Of a stretch of DNA of 64,000 nucleotides, positions 13,906-25,742 are shown piece after piece. The stretch lies in the NCBI GenBank assembly GCA_050575255.1, contig JBNZDD010013568.1, positions 1,109,243 to 1,173,242 of the forward strand, read 5' to 3'. Below the pieces are notes generated by a model. That model saw only the letters and a program-made list of their open reading frames with translations, had not been told where the DNA came from and ran no database searches. Both the position numbers and the translations under genes were made by a program. The stretch comes from Harriotta raleighana. Lineage: Eukaryota. The first letter of the stretch is position 1; the number at the start of each line of letters is the position of its first letter.

Positions 13906-14285
13906 CTTTTTGGATAAAGCAAAGTCAAAACCTATTTGTTTGAACAAAGTCATAATTTTTGAGAGCATTGGAAATACAGTATAAGCATTTTTACTGCTAG
14001 TTTGGACATCGTGTGGGATAAAATCCTGAAATCTCAAGTCAGACATTGGCATAGAGACAGCATTTAAATAACCAAGCTCCTAGCCTCATTCCTTCAGCAA
14101 AGACACAGAGTACAGCAGCGTCAGAACAGTGAATTAAATCCAGTCATGTAATTCTGTGCTCTCAAGCTAATACATGATGCACTGTAAATGTGGCAAGAAT
14201 TAAGATAACTTTAAACTAATTATTCTTTTATTCAAGCACTTCACTACTTACACAATCATTTACTTGTCAAGCAATTAAATAATCA

Positions 14286-14820
14286 CAGCAGCGTTAATTT
14301 TAACAACGGTGATCTAATGGTTGTTTTACAATATTTAAAAGAGTTCACAATAGCCCTTAACTGTGCAAAATGTGCCCAGTGTTTCCAGCTGCCATTTTGC
14401 GAGCGTCAACGCAAACTATCATTTTGTGCCCACAAGTTACTAATCGAGGATCTGCAGACAGCAGGGAAGCTCAGTGCTGCAGTGAAATCAGGGAGGAGAA
14501 ACAGTGGTTAATACAGTGGTTATAGCTGTTATAATGAGGATCCCTCACCACTTATGTTGTATTATCGGACAACAAATGTAGGTACACTAGGTGGTTGCTT
14601 TGTTTCCCCACCCTGATTTCACTACAGCACTGAGTGAACTTCCTGCGGATTGCAGATCTTTGATTGGTAAATTGTGAGCACAAAATGATAGTTTGCATTG
14701 ACACTCGCAAGATGGTAGCTGGTAACATTGGGTTCGTTTTGCATCCTTATTGGCTTTTGCGCACTCTTTTACATACTGTAGAAAACCATTAAATCAGGGT
14801 TGTTAAAATGAACTCTTCTG
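14286..14820. repeat. Long imperfect inverted repeat (~215-bp arms, ~95-bp spacer); probable old MITE or hairpin-type DNA element
   Basis: The left arm (e.g. gcaaactatcattttgtgcccacaag) is the reverse complement of the right arm (ttgtgagcacaaaatgatagtttgc) along its whole length; termini are CAG...CTG. Confidence 0.9.
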
Positions 14821-15114
14821 CAACAGCCTATAGCATTCAGGTGCAATTCATTATCTAACTTTCAATTACATTTCCCCGAAGATGTTGGATTATGGTGCTG
14901 AGGCTTGTGGTCAGGAGGAAAGCGTATTACACTCAGTCAATATTAGGTGCAAACCAATTTTTTTCCAGTTTGTGGACACTGGATTCTCATTGGCAGCTCC
15001 TGTGATACACCTTAAACTGCTTGAATTAAGATAACTCTAAATTCAATTCGAATAACAACTTTTAAGACTCCTGCAAGGTATCCCAATTCTTGTATTGCAC
15101 CAGCTATCTTTGGT

Positions 15115-15410
15115 AATAATAATACTAATCCTTGCATTTGATATTGCACTTTTCACATCTTCTAGACATCTCAAAGCGCTTCACAGAATATACTGTGAAG
15201 TGAATTGACTGTATATTTGTTGGCGAAATGCAGTAGCTAATTGCGCTCAGCAGCGTCCCCACAAACATTCTTGGGATTGAAAATGACCAAATTTTTTTGG
15301 AGGCATTATTATTAGGTGTGTGGAGTAAAGAAACTTGCCCCAGGTTTTGCCCTGACCTGCTGGGAATTGAACTAAGACGAGTTCTCTAACCACGGAGCTA
15401 CAGCACTGCA
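15115..15410 (-). mobile_element. tRNA-derived SINE, same family as 10591-10951
   Basis: (aat)n-ccttgcatttgatattgcac...ctcaaagcgcttcacag tail plus head remnant gggaattgaac...ctctaaccac. Confidence 0.75.
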
Positions 15411-16794
15411 CCAAATGGTATGTCAGAAGATGGGAGCCAAACAACGCCCATGTTTCCTCACGAGAAGCCAATGCTGGTGGAACCTCCGCATTGCCCTGTC
15501 TGGGCATTCACTGGGCAGAGCTACAGAGCTTGAGGGATGTGAAAGGATGGGCAACCGACCTTTCACACTGATAGGAATCCACTAGCAAAGCTCAAAGATT
15601 TGGTTTGCCAGGAAGCCCCCCAGGAAAGTCCAAGTGAGCGCAGTGGTTGAGAAGGAAATCATTTTGCTCCATTCCTAACATAGGGTAATTGTAGGAGTGT
15701 TTTCAAATGCAGCACTGTGGACTGAACATGTCTGTAACAGTCTAGACCCACCCCACCACTTGACAATTAATAGTTATTATCTATGAAGGAACAACTTAAA
15801 CCAAAGGCAAGTTGCAAACACTTATTTGTCTCCAGGTTTGTCCCCGGCACTTCTGAAGACTGAGGTGTGGTTCCACAGGTCCTGGCAGCTCTCCAGCACT
15901 TAGGCTAAGTGGTCGCTTTTTAGCCCAACTCAATCACACTCACATTCCCCGCGGGCACTGCATGATCATTAGCACGAGTCATCTTTTGTAGCTCAGCCCC
16001 ACATACCAATTGCCATAGGGAAAATCAGTGGATTGTGCACAGTATCCAAAGCACTGAGTCAGTCCCAGAAGCTTTATCCATTCAATGGAGATCAATCCAG
16101 ACCAATACAACACCTCTTTGGGTGTTAGACCAGAGACTATCGGATCATTTATCTGGTGAGGCAGCGGGCTTATTGGGGGGGTAAAAATAAAATGATAAAA
16201 CCCACCCAAAAGGTGCCACAATGACCAGCTTCAGATTTTCTCAGCGATTCTCGTGTCGTAGGTCACACTTGCGGAAGAGCAGCACAACGGTGCTAATAGT
16301 TAACAGAGAGATTGTGTATTGCACACACACACGCTCATTGCAAGCATTATTTTTTGTTGCGAATTTGGGAATTGATTTTGTTGTCTCACTTGTGATCGTT
16401 TTAATGCATTTTTCAGCTGGAGTGTAAGTTTTCTCCATATTTACACCTACACCGACCAACTCTGGATTTGAGGCAGGCCGATACAACTGGAGATTATACA
16501 AATTTTACTCAACTCTGTTATGAAACTGGGCTCCAAAGGAAGACAAGAAATCTGCTCCAAAGTAAGACAATTCAAGTCAGGCTGTTAAGACTGTGCAGCT
16601 AAATCCCACCTGTCTCCATGATACTACTGCATGCATCGGTGGATAATGGGATACTGTATGAAACAAGCATCGCAGGCAAAGGAAACCAAGGTGTTGGTTG
16701 AATCAAATTCAATTCTGACTAACTAAATAACTCCGTCCAAACACCACGTTCCCGTCTCCCGGATGACCTGATTGAAACATGCATTGCTGAGAGT

Positions 16795-16960
16795 GGAACT
16801 GAGCCACAGAGAGCAGGAGAATTCAAGGCTTGATCCAAGTCTGAGCTGATTTAATTGATGTCAGCCAAACATTTGAAAACACAATTTTGGCTTCAGTAAA
16901 GAGAGGGAGAAATATGAACCAGTGTTACTGAGTCCCTGCACTGGGGCAGGAAACGACTAT
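16795..16960 (+). mobile_element. Degenerate copy of a second, older tRNA-derived SINE family
   Basis: ctgagccacagagagcagg...gcttgatccaagtctgagctgatt...cagcc resembles the copies at 52420-52570 and 38285-38455. Confidence 0.45.
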
Positions 16961-19900
16961 CCTCATCTGGGATCCCCTCCATGATCCAACAGTCTGGTGA
17001 AGCTCATCGCCTGGGCTCAAGACGCGGTCTGGCTGGCTGTGGCTGTGGAGGGTTGACTGGCACTTGTGTAGTAACTCAACCCTTGTACCTTTAACACGAA
17101 GGCAACCACTCAAAACAGTCCTCCCTCGATGGGAGTTACCGAAAAGAGGCTCCTTGATATTGGAACAGCGGCACTGATGGAGGATATGGAGATGTTTGAA
17201 GGACATTATTTCACTTCTTCAAAGGCCGCCCACCCCTCACAGACAGCACGTGTTGCAACGGGAAAGAGATAAACGGTGAAGAAAGAAAAAGAAATGTAGA
17301 CGACTTGTAAATAAATACTAATTAATGCTGCATTTACCCAAATACATATGTTTATTAAAACTGCATTTAAAAAATGATTTCCCTCCACAATAAGCAACAA
17401 AGTGAATCAGATAATGATTCAGCATTTGAGAGAAATTACAGGCTGAAAATTAGTGCTAATTCCGCATTAAATTGAAAGCAAAAATGTTCACACTTCAGTT
17501 ACACTTTTCATCCAAACCCCATAATGAATATATTATAAACTTCCAGCATCTGCAGTATTTTGTGTTTTTGTAAACTTTTGAATGCCTTCAGTGCAGGAGT
17601 TTCATCAATTCTGTCAGTATATAATAAAAAAAAGCCTAAATTACATCTTACAAATATTACAGCAGACTGATTATACCCTTCAGAAAATACGATGTTGTTG
17701 CTCTGAACTCATCTGAAAAGTAGGAAGATGATTTTGCGAGGGATTTACAGTGAGAATCCAGCCCATCTGAACATATCGGGAGCTGCTTTTTTACAGTGCG
17801 CAACAGAACTGGGAGAAAATTCCAACGTTAAGTTGTAGTAGTTGCTATACAACACTTCAGGGAGTTGACGACAGTATAATGGCATCATTAAAACTATTTT
17901 GGGGGTGTGGGTGGGGAGGTACGGAATGAGAAACAAGACCGAGATGTATAGTGGCCCACATTAATGCTCCTAATCTGGTTGCCTGGTACAGTACATAGCC
18001 TTTGTAATTCACTGTCTTATAAAATATGACAGATATTTGGCACAGCCACAACACCCTGTCACATACCTCTCTCTGGATGTATAAAAACCAAAGCAAAACA
18101 AATCCTAGCTGTCGAAATGGGCAACAATCTGTTCGTACTGTCCTTTCATAAACGTGAAAGACACATAATTCAAGAGCACCACAGGGACGAGGGGGCCTAT
18201 GAAGATCCTTCTCATGAGTGAAAGACCAATTTGAGCACACCATCGCCCATTGTAATGTTCCATTTACTCTGAGGTCATTGTTGATGGGCTTTAACAATCA
18301 GCCCACAGTATCGTGCCAAGCTGTGATCTATCTATATTTCCAGATACAAGCAAGATGCTTCATACGTCCGAATGGACGGGCATTTGAATTCTCATGTTGC
18401 CACGGTCTGATTCAATGGGGTTTAGCGAAAGGAAGAAACCGATCCTGAATTTGTTATATATTGTTATTCTTCAGGCATCAAAATGGTTCAAATGCTTCAC
18501 ATCTGAATCTCTGCAACCTAAATGTGTAAGGGCTCCTACAAATGTAACACACTATCTGTCATCACCACCCAAAGTGCCTGCCTGACTGACCTCCAGACTA
18601 AATGAAGGATTTTGGGGGTAAGGGGAGAAAAGATAATATTCTATATGGACTCCGGGCAGAAAACATTGTATGATGTGATCAGAGACAGTGACGCTACTGT
18701 TTTTTGATGGTGGATCATCTGTGTTGTGCTGCCGCACGAGGTGCCAATCACAGGCCAGGCGGCTCCACATGAGGTGGAGGGAAAGATCTCACACCTGGCT
18801 GCCGGCCAAGTGAGCCCATCACCATGCTTTGGGAGCAAGGTTCCCGGCAGGCACACCCGGCCTCCGAGAGGCAAGCGGCCCATTGATTTGTTGGAAAAGA
18901 AATTAACAGCGAAGAAAATCAGGCACAAAAGGAGTGTATCGACCTCGTGGGTATTCTTTAAAAGGAGGGTTTCTCCCCTTCCCTCCTGAAGACACTGAAT
19001 GGCAGCTACACGCCTGCTTGAAACAAAACGCCTTTGTTTTCCCAACTGGCTTTATTTAAGTAGTGGAAGCTACGCTTGAGAATCAGATACTTCTCCTGGG
19101 CTGTTCCCCACCGCCTGCCACCCCCCACTACCGGATCACAGAGAGAGAACCTGGCACTATTTTCTCCCTCCCCTGGATGGTGGATGATGGCCGGCTGGCT
19201 TGTCAGTTGGAAGAAAGCATGTCTCTGTGCTTTCGCTGTTCTTGTGGTCATCGCAGACAACAGCAACCAAAGGTGCCCTGAGGGAGCTCCTGAGCTCTGT
19301 GCAGTCCGTGCAGTCAGACCACTCTCCCCAGCTCATCTATGGCAGCGGAGATCTCAGATAAACTGTATGTTCATGGCTTCTTTTTAAACCAAGTCAATCT
19401 GGGCACTAGTTTTGTCCTGTAATATAAACAAGGTGTTTCCTACTGCAGTGGCACTGGGAGGCTGCATTAAATGGCCCATAAATTTGGAATGATGAGTATT
19501 AAAACAAGATTAGGGGCATGTACTGAAGCAGGCCCCTGACAAGGCTATTCGCACCCAGGCTAATGGAGAGATCACTGTGGCGTGGTTTCCCTGTTAGGTT
19601 CTTTGTAGATTTCACATTGCTTGTGTAAAGCGGGGCTCTGGTTAGATCAACAATGATAATTCTGCTACTTCTGTCTTTGCTCGGCAGTGTACGTGATTGT
19701 ATCTTTGGGCTGAAGCCAGAAACCCAAGCTGTATTTTATCAGGTGTGAGATTTCTCACCTTTACGCGAGCAGGAACAAACACGTTTATTCAAAGAATCTG
19801 ATAATGAGGAGTAAGTGTGAAACACCTCAAAGCTGTTTATTTCAAAGCTTTCAGCTGCTTTTGTTCTGAAGACTGCGTAAAAACAACTGCAATTATCTCA

Positions 19901-20245
19901 AAGACCGCAATATTATTCCACTGACTGCAACACAATGAATTCTGAAAACAAAGTCCAAACAGAAACACTTATTTTATTAAACCCAATGTAGGTCATGTGC
20001 AGGAGGCTGAAGGTGGCCAGATTTGTGACATTTTGCATTTATGGATTGTTACTCTCGACTACTTTTAATAAGCTGATTCCAATAGAATTCTTTCAAATTG
20101 TGTTTCTCCCCCCATTTGCCTGCAGTTTATAATAAATTGCAGCAGCCACTTTGAAGCCTCAAAAAACACCACATTGGTTAAGCAGTAACTGAACATAGTC
20201 AATAGAAAGGATTCTTACACAGACTAATGTTTCAGGTGAGGCACA

Positions 20246-20665
20246 AAACAACAACTTTGATTTATATAACGCCCTCCACGTTGGACGGTGTCTCAGAGCA
20301 CTTTGCAACAACGGATCCAGGAACCGAGCCAGGGGCAAGGGTAGGAAGGCTGAGATCTGAAACTGGGAAGAGAGGCGGCGAGGCGAAGGGAGTGAAGAAG
20401 GGAGTTCCAGAGCCTCGGGGCGTAGTGGCTGAAGACACGGCCGCCGATGGTGGAGTGGAGGATTCGGGGGACAAGAAGGAGGCCAGACCCATTTGAGTGA
20501 AGGAAACGGGTGCTGGTTTGAGGAAGTCAGAGAGGTAGGTGGGTGCAGAGGAGTGTAGGGATTTGAAAACACGGGTGAGTATCTTGAAATCGATCTTCTC
20601 AGGGACAGGGAGCCAGTGAAGCCTGGCAAGGACTGGGGTAATGGGGGAGCGAAGGGCCAATCTGT
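20246..20665 (-). mobile_element. L2-clade LINE 3' fragment
   Basis: Minus ORF SPITPVLARLHWLPVPEKIDFKILTRVFKSLHSSAPTYLSDFL is the typical L2 ORF2 C-terminal motif; it ends in an L2 tail with (gtt)n. Confidence 0.9.
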
Positions 20666-20874
20666 TAAAATGAGGGTTAAAGATCTCATGATGCTATCTG
20701 AAAAGGGAGAGGGAGTTTCTGCCTGTCATCTGGCCAACAATCCTTCAGACACATGAATCATTTCAATTTCTAACATTACTCTGATTTAAATGCTGCCCTG
20801 ATCCCCTACAAAAAACCATTCACTGCACTTCACTGATTACCTGTGAAGAAGCACCTTAAGATGTTTCAACTGGA

Positions 20875-21012
20875 TAGCGTGTGATCAAGTTTGGGGAAGG
20901 AAGGGTTTGCAGGGCTATGTATGAGAAGAGCGCGGGGAAAGCTCTTTTCAAAAAGCTGGAATAGACACGATGGCCCGAATGACCTTCTTCTGAGCTGTGT
21001 AATCCTATGATA
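20875..21012 (+). mobile_element. CR1 LINE 3' UTR fragment
   Basis: gctcttttcaaaaagctgg..agacacgatggcccgaatgaccttcttctgagctgt..ctatgat, matching the CR1 terminal hairpin and ATTCTATG-like end. Confidence 0.7.
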
Positions 21013-21959
21013 AAATTGCCTGTCCTGAAAGATGCTGCAGTGTCAAATTAGACAGTGCAGCCCCCAGCCAGAGCACTGCCCACCAACCATTCACCACTGC
21101 TACCAGGAAAAAAAAACCCTCACTCTCTTTGCAGTAACATGGGGGAGGGGGTTCTCCACAGGGCTGTTCTCTCATCCACCTGTTACAGGCTCCGGGGCAG
21201 GCGAGAATCAAGCTGCTCAGGAGATTGAAATGGAAACACTCGGGGCAATCTCAGGACATCCAGAAACACAATGTCACCAGGCATTCATTCTGCGCAATGT
21301 GTAATTTCTGACTCTGGATGAAATCAGGAGCTCAGTCCTGTGGGAACCCTCCTTGACGATGGGTCCCCAGGGTTGGGGGAGGAAGTTGTACTTCAGTCCT
21401 GATGGCAAAGCTCATTAAAGAGGAAAATAAAGACTAAACAAAATCCTAAACGTTCTAATCTCATTACAGATGTGGAATGTAGTGTGAAATCCTTTGAGGA
21501 ATCGTACTGCAAAGTCTTGTGCAGACTGGTGGAGTAGTCTAGTAGGTGTTGAGGTGCCTGTTTCACACATCTGACTGCAGATTCCCAGCAAGGTTTAACA
21601 CGAGAAAATGCTAATAACGTATGTGATTAGTTTTCGTACCTAAGAAAAATATCTTCCCCACCCCACCCCCACTCTTTCTGAAAAATTCCTTTGTGCACTA
21701 GATTAATTTACACTTTATTCCTGAATCTCCTTCACACTTAATTTGCCGAGAGAAAGATTTGACTGATGATGGAATACGGAATCTAAACAACTCCTGAAAA
21801 GTCTTGAAGCATTTCCAATGGGTCCTTCTGTTGTTAGCAATCGCTCTCAATGGCACTTAACTTTTAGTGCCAGGATTGACCTCATGAAGTGGAAACATGA
21901 ATGGGAGGATGGCGGAGACACCACACTGGAGATATCAGAGCAGCCTGCTCCTGGCTAAA

Positions 21960-22468
21960 GCAACATTCAGCCTCTATAGAGGTTCTACCACCTCCGCAAC
22001 ATCGCCCGACTCCTCCACGCCCTCGCCATTCAGGCCACCAAAAAAACCCTCATACACGCCATCGTCAGCTCAAAGCTCGACTACGGAATCCCCTTCTCCT
22101 TGGCGGACTCCCCAACTCTTCCTTCCACAAGCTGCTGCAGATCATTCTGCATTTCGCCCACAAATATTCAGTGAAGTATATTCTGTGAAGCGTTTTGAGA
22201 TATTGGTAAGATGTGAAAAGCGCTATATCGAATGCAAGGATTATTATTATTATATATTATATAATTCTGCATCTCACATCTTTTCCCAGACCAGGCTGTG
22301 TGACCCCAGTCACCCCCGACCATCGCCCGGCTCCACTGGCTCCCTATACCTCACAGGTTAAAATTCAAAATCGGCGTTCTCACTTTCAAGGCCTTCCATG
22401 GAAGTTCAGCGCCTTGGGACGTCCTCCCGACGTGAAAGGTGCTCTATAAATGTAATTTTGTTGTTGGT
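21960..22468 (+). mobile_element. L2 LINE fragment interrupted by a SINE tail
   Basis: Frameshifted FYHLRNIARL..LIHAIVSSKLDY..GLPNSSFHKLLQ, then an insert at ~22145-22255, then IARLHWLPIPHRLKFKI..FKAFHG and the L2 terminal tail. Confidence 0.85.
22145..22255 (+). mobile_element. Deu-type SINE tail nested within the L2
   Basis: catttcgcccacaaata..gtgaagcgttttgagat..gtgaaaagcgctatatcgaatgcaagg(att)n. Confidence 0.8.
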
Positions 22469-22654
22469 GCAATTACACTTCAAGTCGTGAATAGTTACTT
22501 TCTCTGCCAAGTGCTGCCAAGTTGTTTTTAAGAATGTTATCCATGCTTCTCCGAGAGGGGTTGGCTTGTACTACAGTGATTATATTTCACATGAATATCG
22601 ATATCAGTAGGGCCTTACAGCCATATTCACCCCACTATTAATGTGCATTCTAAC

Positions 22655-22830
22655 ATAATAATAATCCTTTGCATTTGATACAGCGCCTTATCATGTCTTC
22701 AAGACCTCCCAAAACACTTTGCAGTATATACTGTAAAGTGAATTGACTGTATATTTTGTTGGCGAAATGCGGCAGCTAATTGCGCACAGAAGTATCCCTT
22801 AAACAGTGGTGGATTGAGTGACCAATTCAT
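22655..22830 (-). mobile_element. Deu-type SINE 3' part
   Basis: (aat)n ccttgcatttgatacagcgcc...ggcagctaattgcgcacag...gagtgaccaatt. Confidence 0.75.
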
Positions 22831-24652
22831 TGTTATTATTTTTTTTTAAGAGAGATTATTAAACTGTGACTCCAACATCGCTACTCAGTAAGATCATTTA
22901 TTTGTTTTATAATCTTTTTTAACAATGCTGGAGGATACCTACAAGCACAATATTAAAGTACTTTTGTTCTACGTCTGTCAAACTCAGCACATAGACATTC
23001 CGGAAACAGCCATCAGGGCACCTTCGTTGGAAGTAAATTATACTAATTCCCTGCTCAAAGATCATTGTTCCACAAGCAATGTCACGGGCTTTTTAAGTTG
23101 ATGAACCGTGGTACAGCACCAATGGTGTGAATAATTAAAATTAGCTGATGAAAGTGGAATCAAACATCACTTGACTAAACTTCTGAACAGATGTGCCATC
23201 TTAATGAAAAACCAAACAGACTGAAAATGCTTTTAATACTGAACTAAAATTATCCCCCAAAGCACGAGACTTAAATCACCAGTAACTGCACTTGAAGGAG
23301 CCAGTATGCAAAGCAGCAACTTGTCATGGTTGCTAATTTCATTTCTCCCCAGCATGTGCTAACAGTTAGCTACCATTATTCAAGTAGGTCCATTGATGCA
23401 AGGCCCTCCCTAAGGTGTAGCATTAAAATGTAATAACTTCCACTGTAAATGAAAACAAAAACCATTATGTTTTCTAGGGATTTGAAACCTAATACATGTC
23501 CCATCTGGCTCCTGTGATTAAGCAGAAAGCAGGATTGCAACCTCAGAAGGGAAATTTTGAACAGATTGGCTGGCTGGCTGTCTGTCTGTAGGCAAGATAC
23601 AGCCAGGCAACCTGAACACCACCTCCCCTGCTCTGGTGAAGGAAGCGGACACAACTGAGAATATTGTTGCTTATTAAAATTCACACTGCAAGCCCAGATG
23701 CTTCAAACGGCACTTCAAGGAGAATTGACTTGCGGACCATTTGCCTGATGCAAATATACATTTTTTCTCTCTCAAAATACAAACCCTCGGTTGCCAAAGG
23801 TAGCAATTTTTTTTTGCTCTGCGTTCCAACCCCTTTGACAGATTGTGAAACCGAATGCCGTTAATTACCCACAGGCGGGCATTCATTTAGTTTAAGACGT
23901 GTACTTAATTGATGTCTGAATATGTGCAAAAAGGAAATAAAAGGACTCGTGGGAACCCGACGTGAGATGGCATATGGCACCTAAACACTGCTAATCTTTA
24001 TGCTGCGATGTAAGGAACACCAGTGTCCCACAAACCCAGCTACAGAACTGGCAAATAAAAGGCTGGACATCGCAGGAGGCCATTTCTGTTAGGGGGCTGG
24101 GTAGGGAAACCACAAAATACCAATTATACCCTGGTTCATTGTTCATGGGTCCATTTTTTGCCACAATACCAGCAAGAACTCCTTGTCTACAGACAATGCC
24201 CTTTTCCTACATAAACGTGAATACGACTTTTGAAGTGGAAATTTGTCATGTTCACTTTGGGAATAGAACAGGAAAGGTAACAGACTGGTCAGAGCTGCAC
24301 TTGTTAAGAGAGGATGAAATCCCAATCCGTGCCTGACGCTAAGTTACCTCGTCTCAGCCGGGGGAACCATATCACAGTTACAGGAGAGAAAAGAAAAGGC
24401 AAATGTCTTCGGCAGACGAGAAAATTAGGAGTTGATAAATTGGCGAAAAAACAGTTGGAAATAAAAGAGGAGACGGAGTGGGAAGTAATAAAACCAGAAA
24501 GTTAGAAAATGACTACATAAGGAGGCAGCTTGATGGGCCATTAACAGATTAGATGTAATTGGCTCTAATTTTCTTGTAATTTATTCCAAAATTCAAAATA
24601 ACTTCATTACGATGCCACATGAAAAGACCGTATTCTGCAGCGATGGCTTTGG

Positions 24653-25440
24653 TTACCTTAAGCAGCCTTCAACCAATATCACTTCAGCACTGGTTATAAC
24701 TATCAGCCAGTAACAGATCATAAAACCCCAGATGCCAAGGGCTTCAATGACTCGTCCAACTAATTGATAGGGTTGCCATCCCTTCTTCTGTTCACTGGAG
24801 GGACAATATGTCCTCGCTTCTCCAGATAGCTCCAGATGTGTCATTCGTTCGCCAAGACTCTGTCATCGGCCTACATGGCCACTGGAGGATCTATCGTCCT
24901 TCCATCTGAAGAGAAACCATTCTTTTATTGCCCGCCTTTCATCTCCGCGAATCTGGCCGACACCACGCCACCCTTGGGACAGCGTTTGATGAGCCGTGAA
25001 GCCAGCTGCACGAAAACCAGCTGCAACCGCCCCTTCAACGTGGCATTCAGAACATCATCCAAGGATGACCTACTCAAATCATGCCAGATATCGCATCATA
25101 TCACATGCCCTCTTGAAATACTGACTATCTCCTGCAGGGGATGTGTGCCAGTCAACAGCCTCCTTCATATGTCCTGTAAGCGAACTTTTCTCAAATGGGA
25201 CAGGGTTGTTGGTGATGTTGGAGAGGCAGCAGTTTAAGTCTTCCCACAGCAAGGATCTGAGCATTGATGTCTCCTTGACAAACTCCAAGTGAAGGAAAAG
25301 GTTCAATAGTTTGATCCAGCGAACTCCCCGAGACTGGAGAAGCCACTCAACTCTCTTCTCTTCCTCTTTATCTCTTCTTGAGATTTTATCCAGGAGAGCC
25401 TCACTCGCAAAAAATACAGCCTTCACTTGGAAGAAGATTG
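24653..25440 (-). mobile_element. Highly decayed L1/Tx1-clade LINE ORF2 remnant
   Basis: Interrupted minus frames give, in the expected order, KISRRDKEEEKRVEWLLQ, SLDDVLNA, AGFTA (PGxDGFTAEF-like), AIKEWFL and RVIEALGIWGF..W..SAEVILVEGCL (like RVLEAFGFG..WI..LY.SA...VNG.L). Stops, frameshifts and deletions are present. Confidence 0.5.
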
Positions 25441-25594
25441 GTAGAGAGCTGGGTGGAGCTGTACTGTTCTCGCCTCTCTCTCCTCCCCAGGTTTGAGCTT
25501 GTGGGTATCTGCCATATCTACCACTCAACCTGAATCCAGGATTTAAACACCTTTTATTCTCTCCCCATTTGCCTGCATGCCTCACATTGCATTC

Positions 25595-25742
25595 CCTGTT
25601 ACAGTTCTGATGATAGGTCATCAACCTGAAATGTTGACTCACTTTTCCTCTCTCCATAGATGCTGCCTGAGCTGCTGAATGATCCCAGTGACTTGTTTTT
25701 ATTTCAGATTTCCACCATATGTAGTATTTTGCCTTTTGCTTG
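25595..25742 (+). mobile_element. Penelope-like element terminal repeat fragment with hammerhead core
   Basis: agttCTGATGAtaggtcatcaacctGAAAtgttgact, followed by ctctccatagatgctgcctgagctgctga...ttttatttcagatttcca..tagtattttg, which I recall as the typical chondrichthyan Penelope-like end. Confidence 0.75.

Noticed and set aside
20159-20689. Overlapping ORFs of 176, 132 and 89 aa
   Set aside because: All derive from a frameshifted L2 3' fragment.
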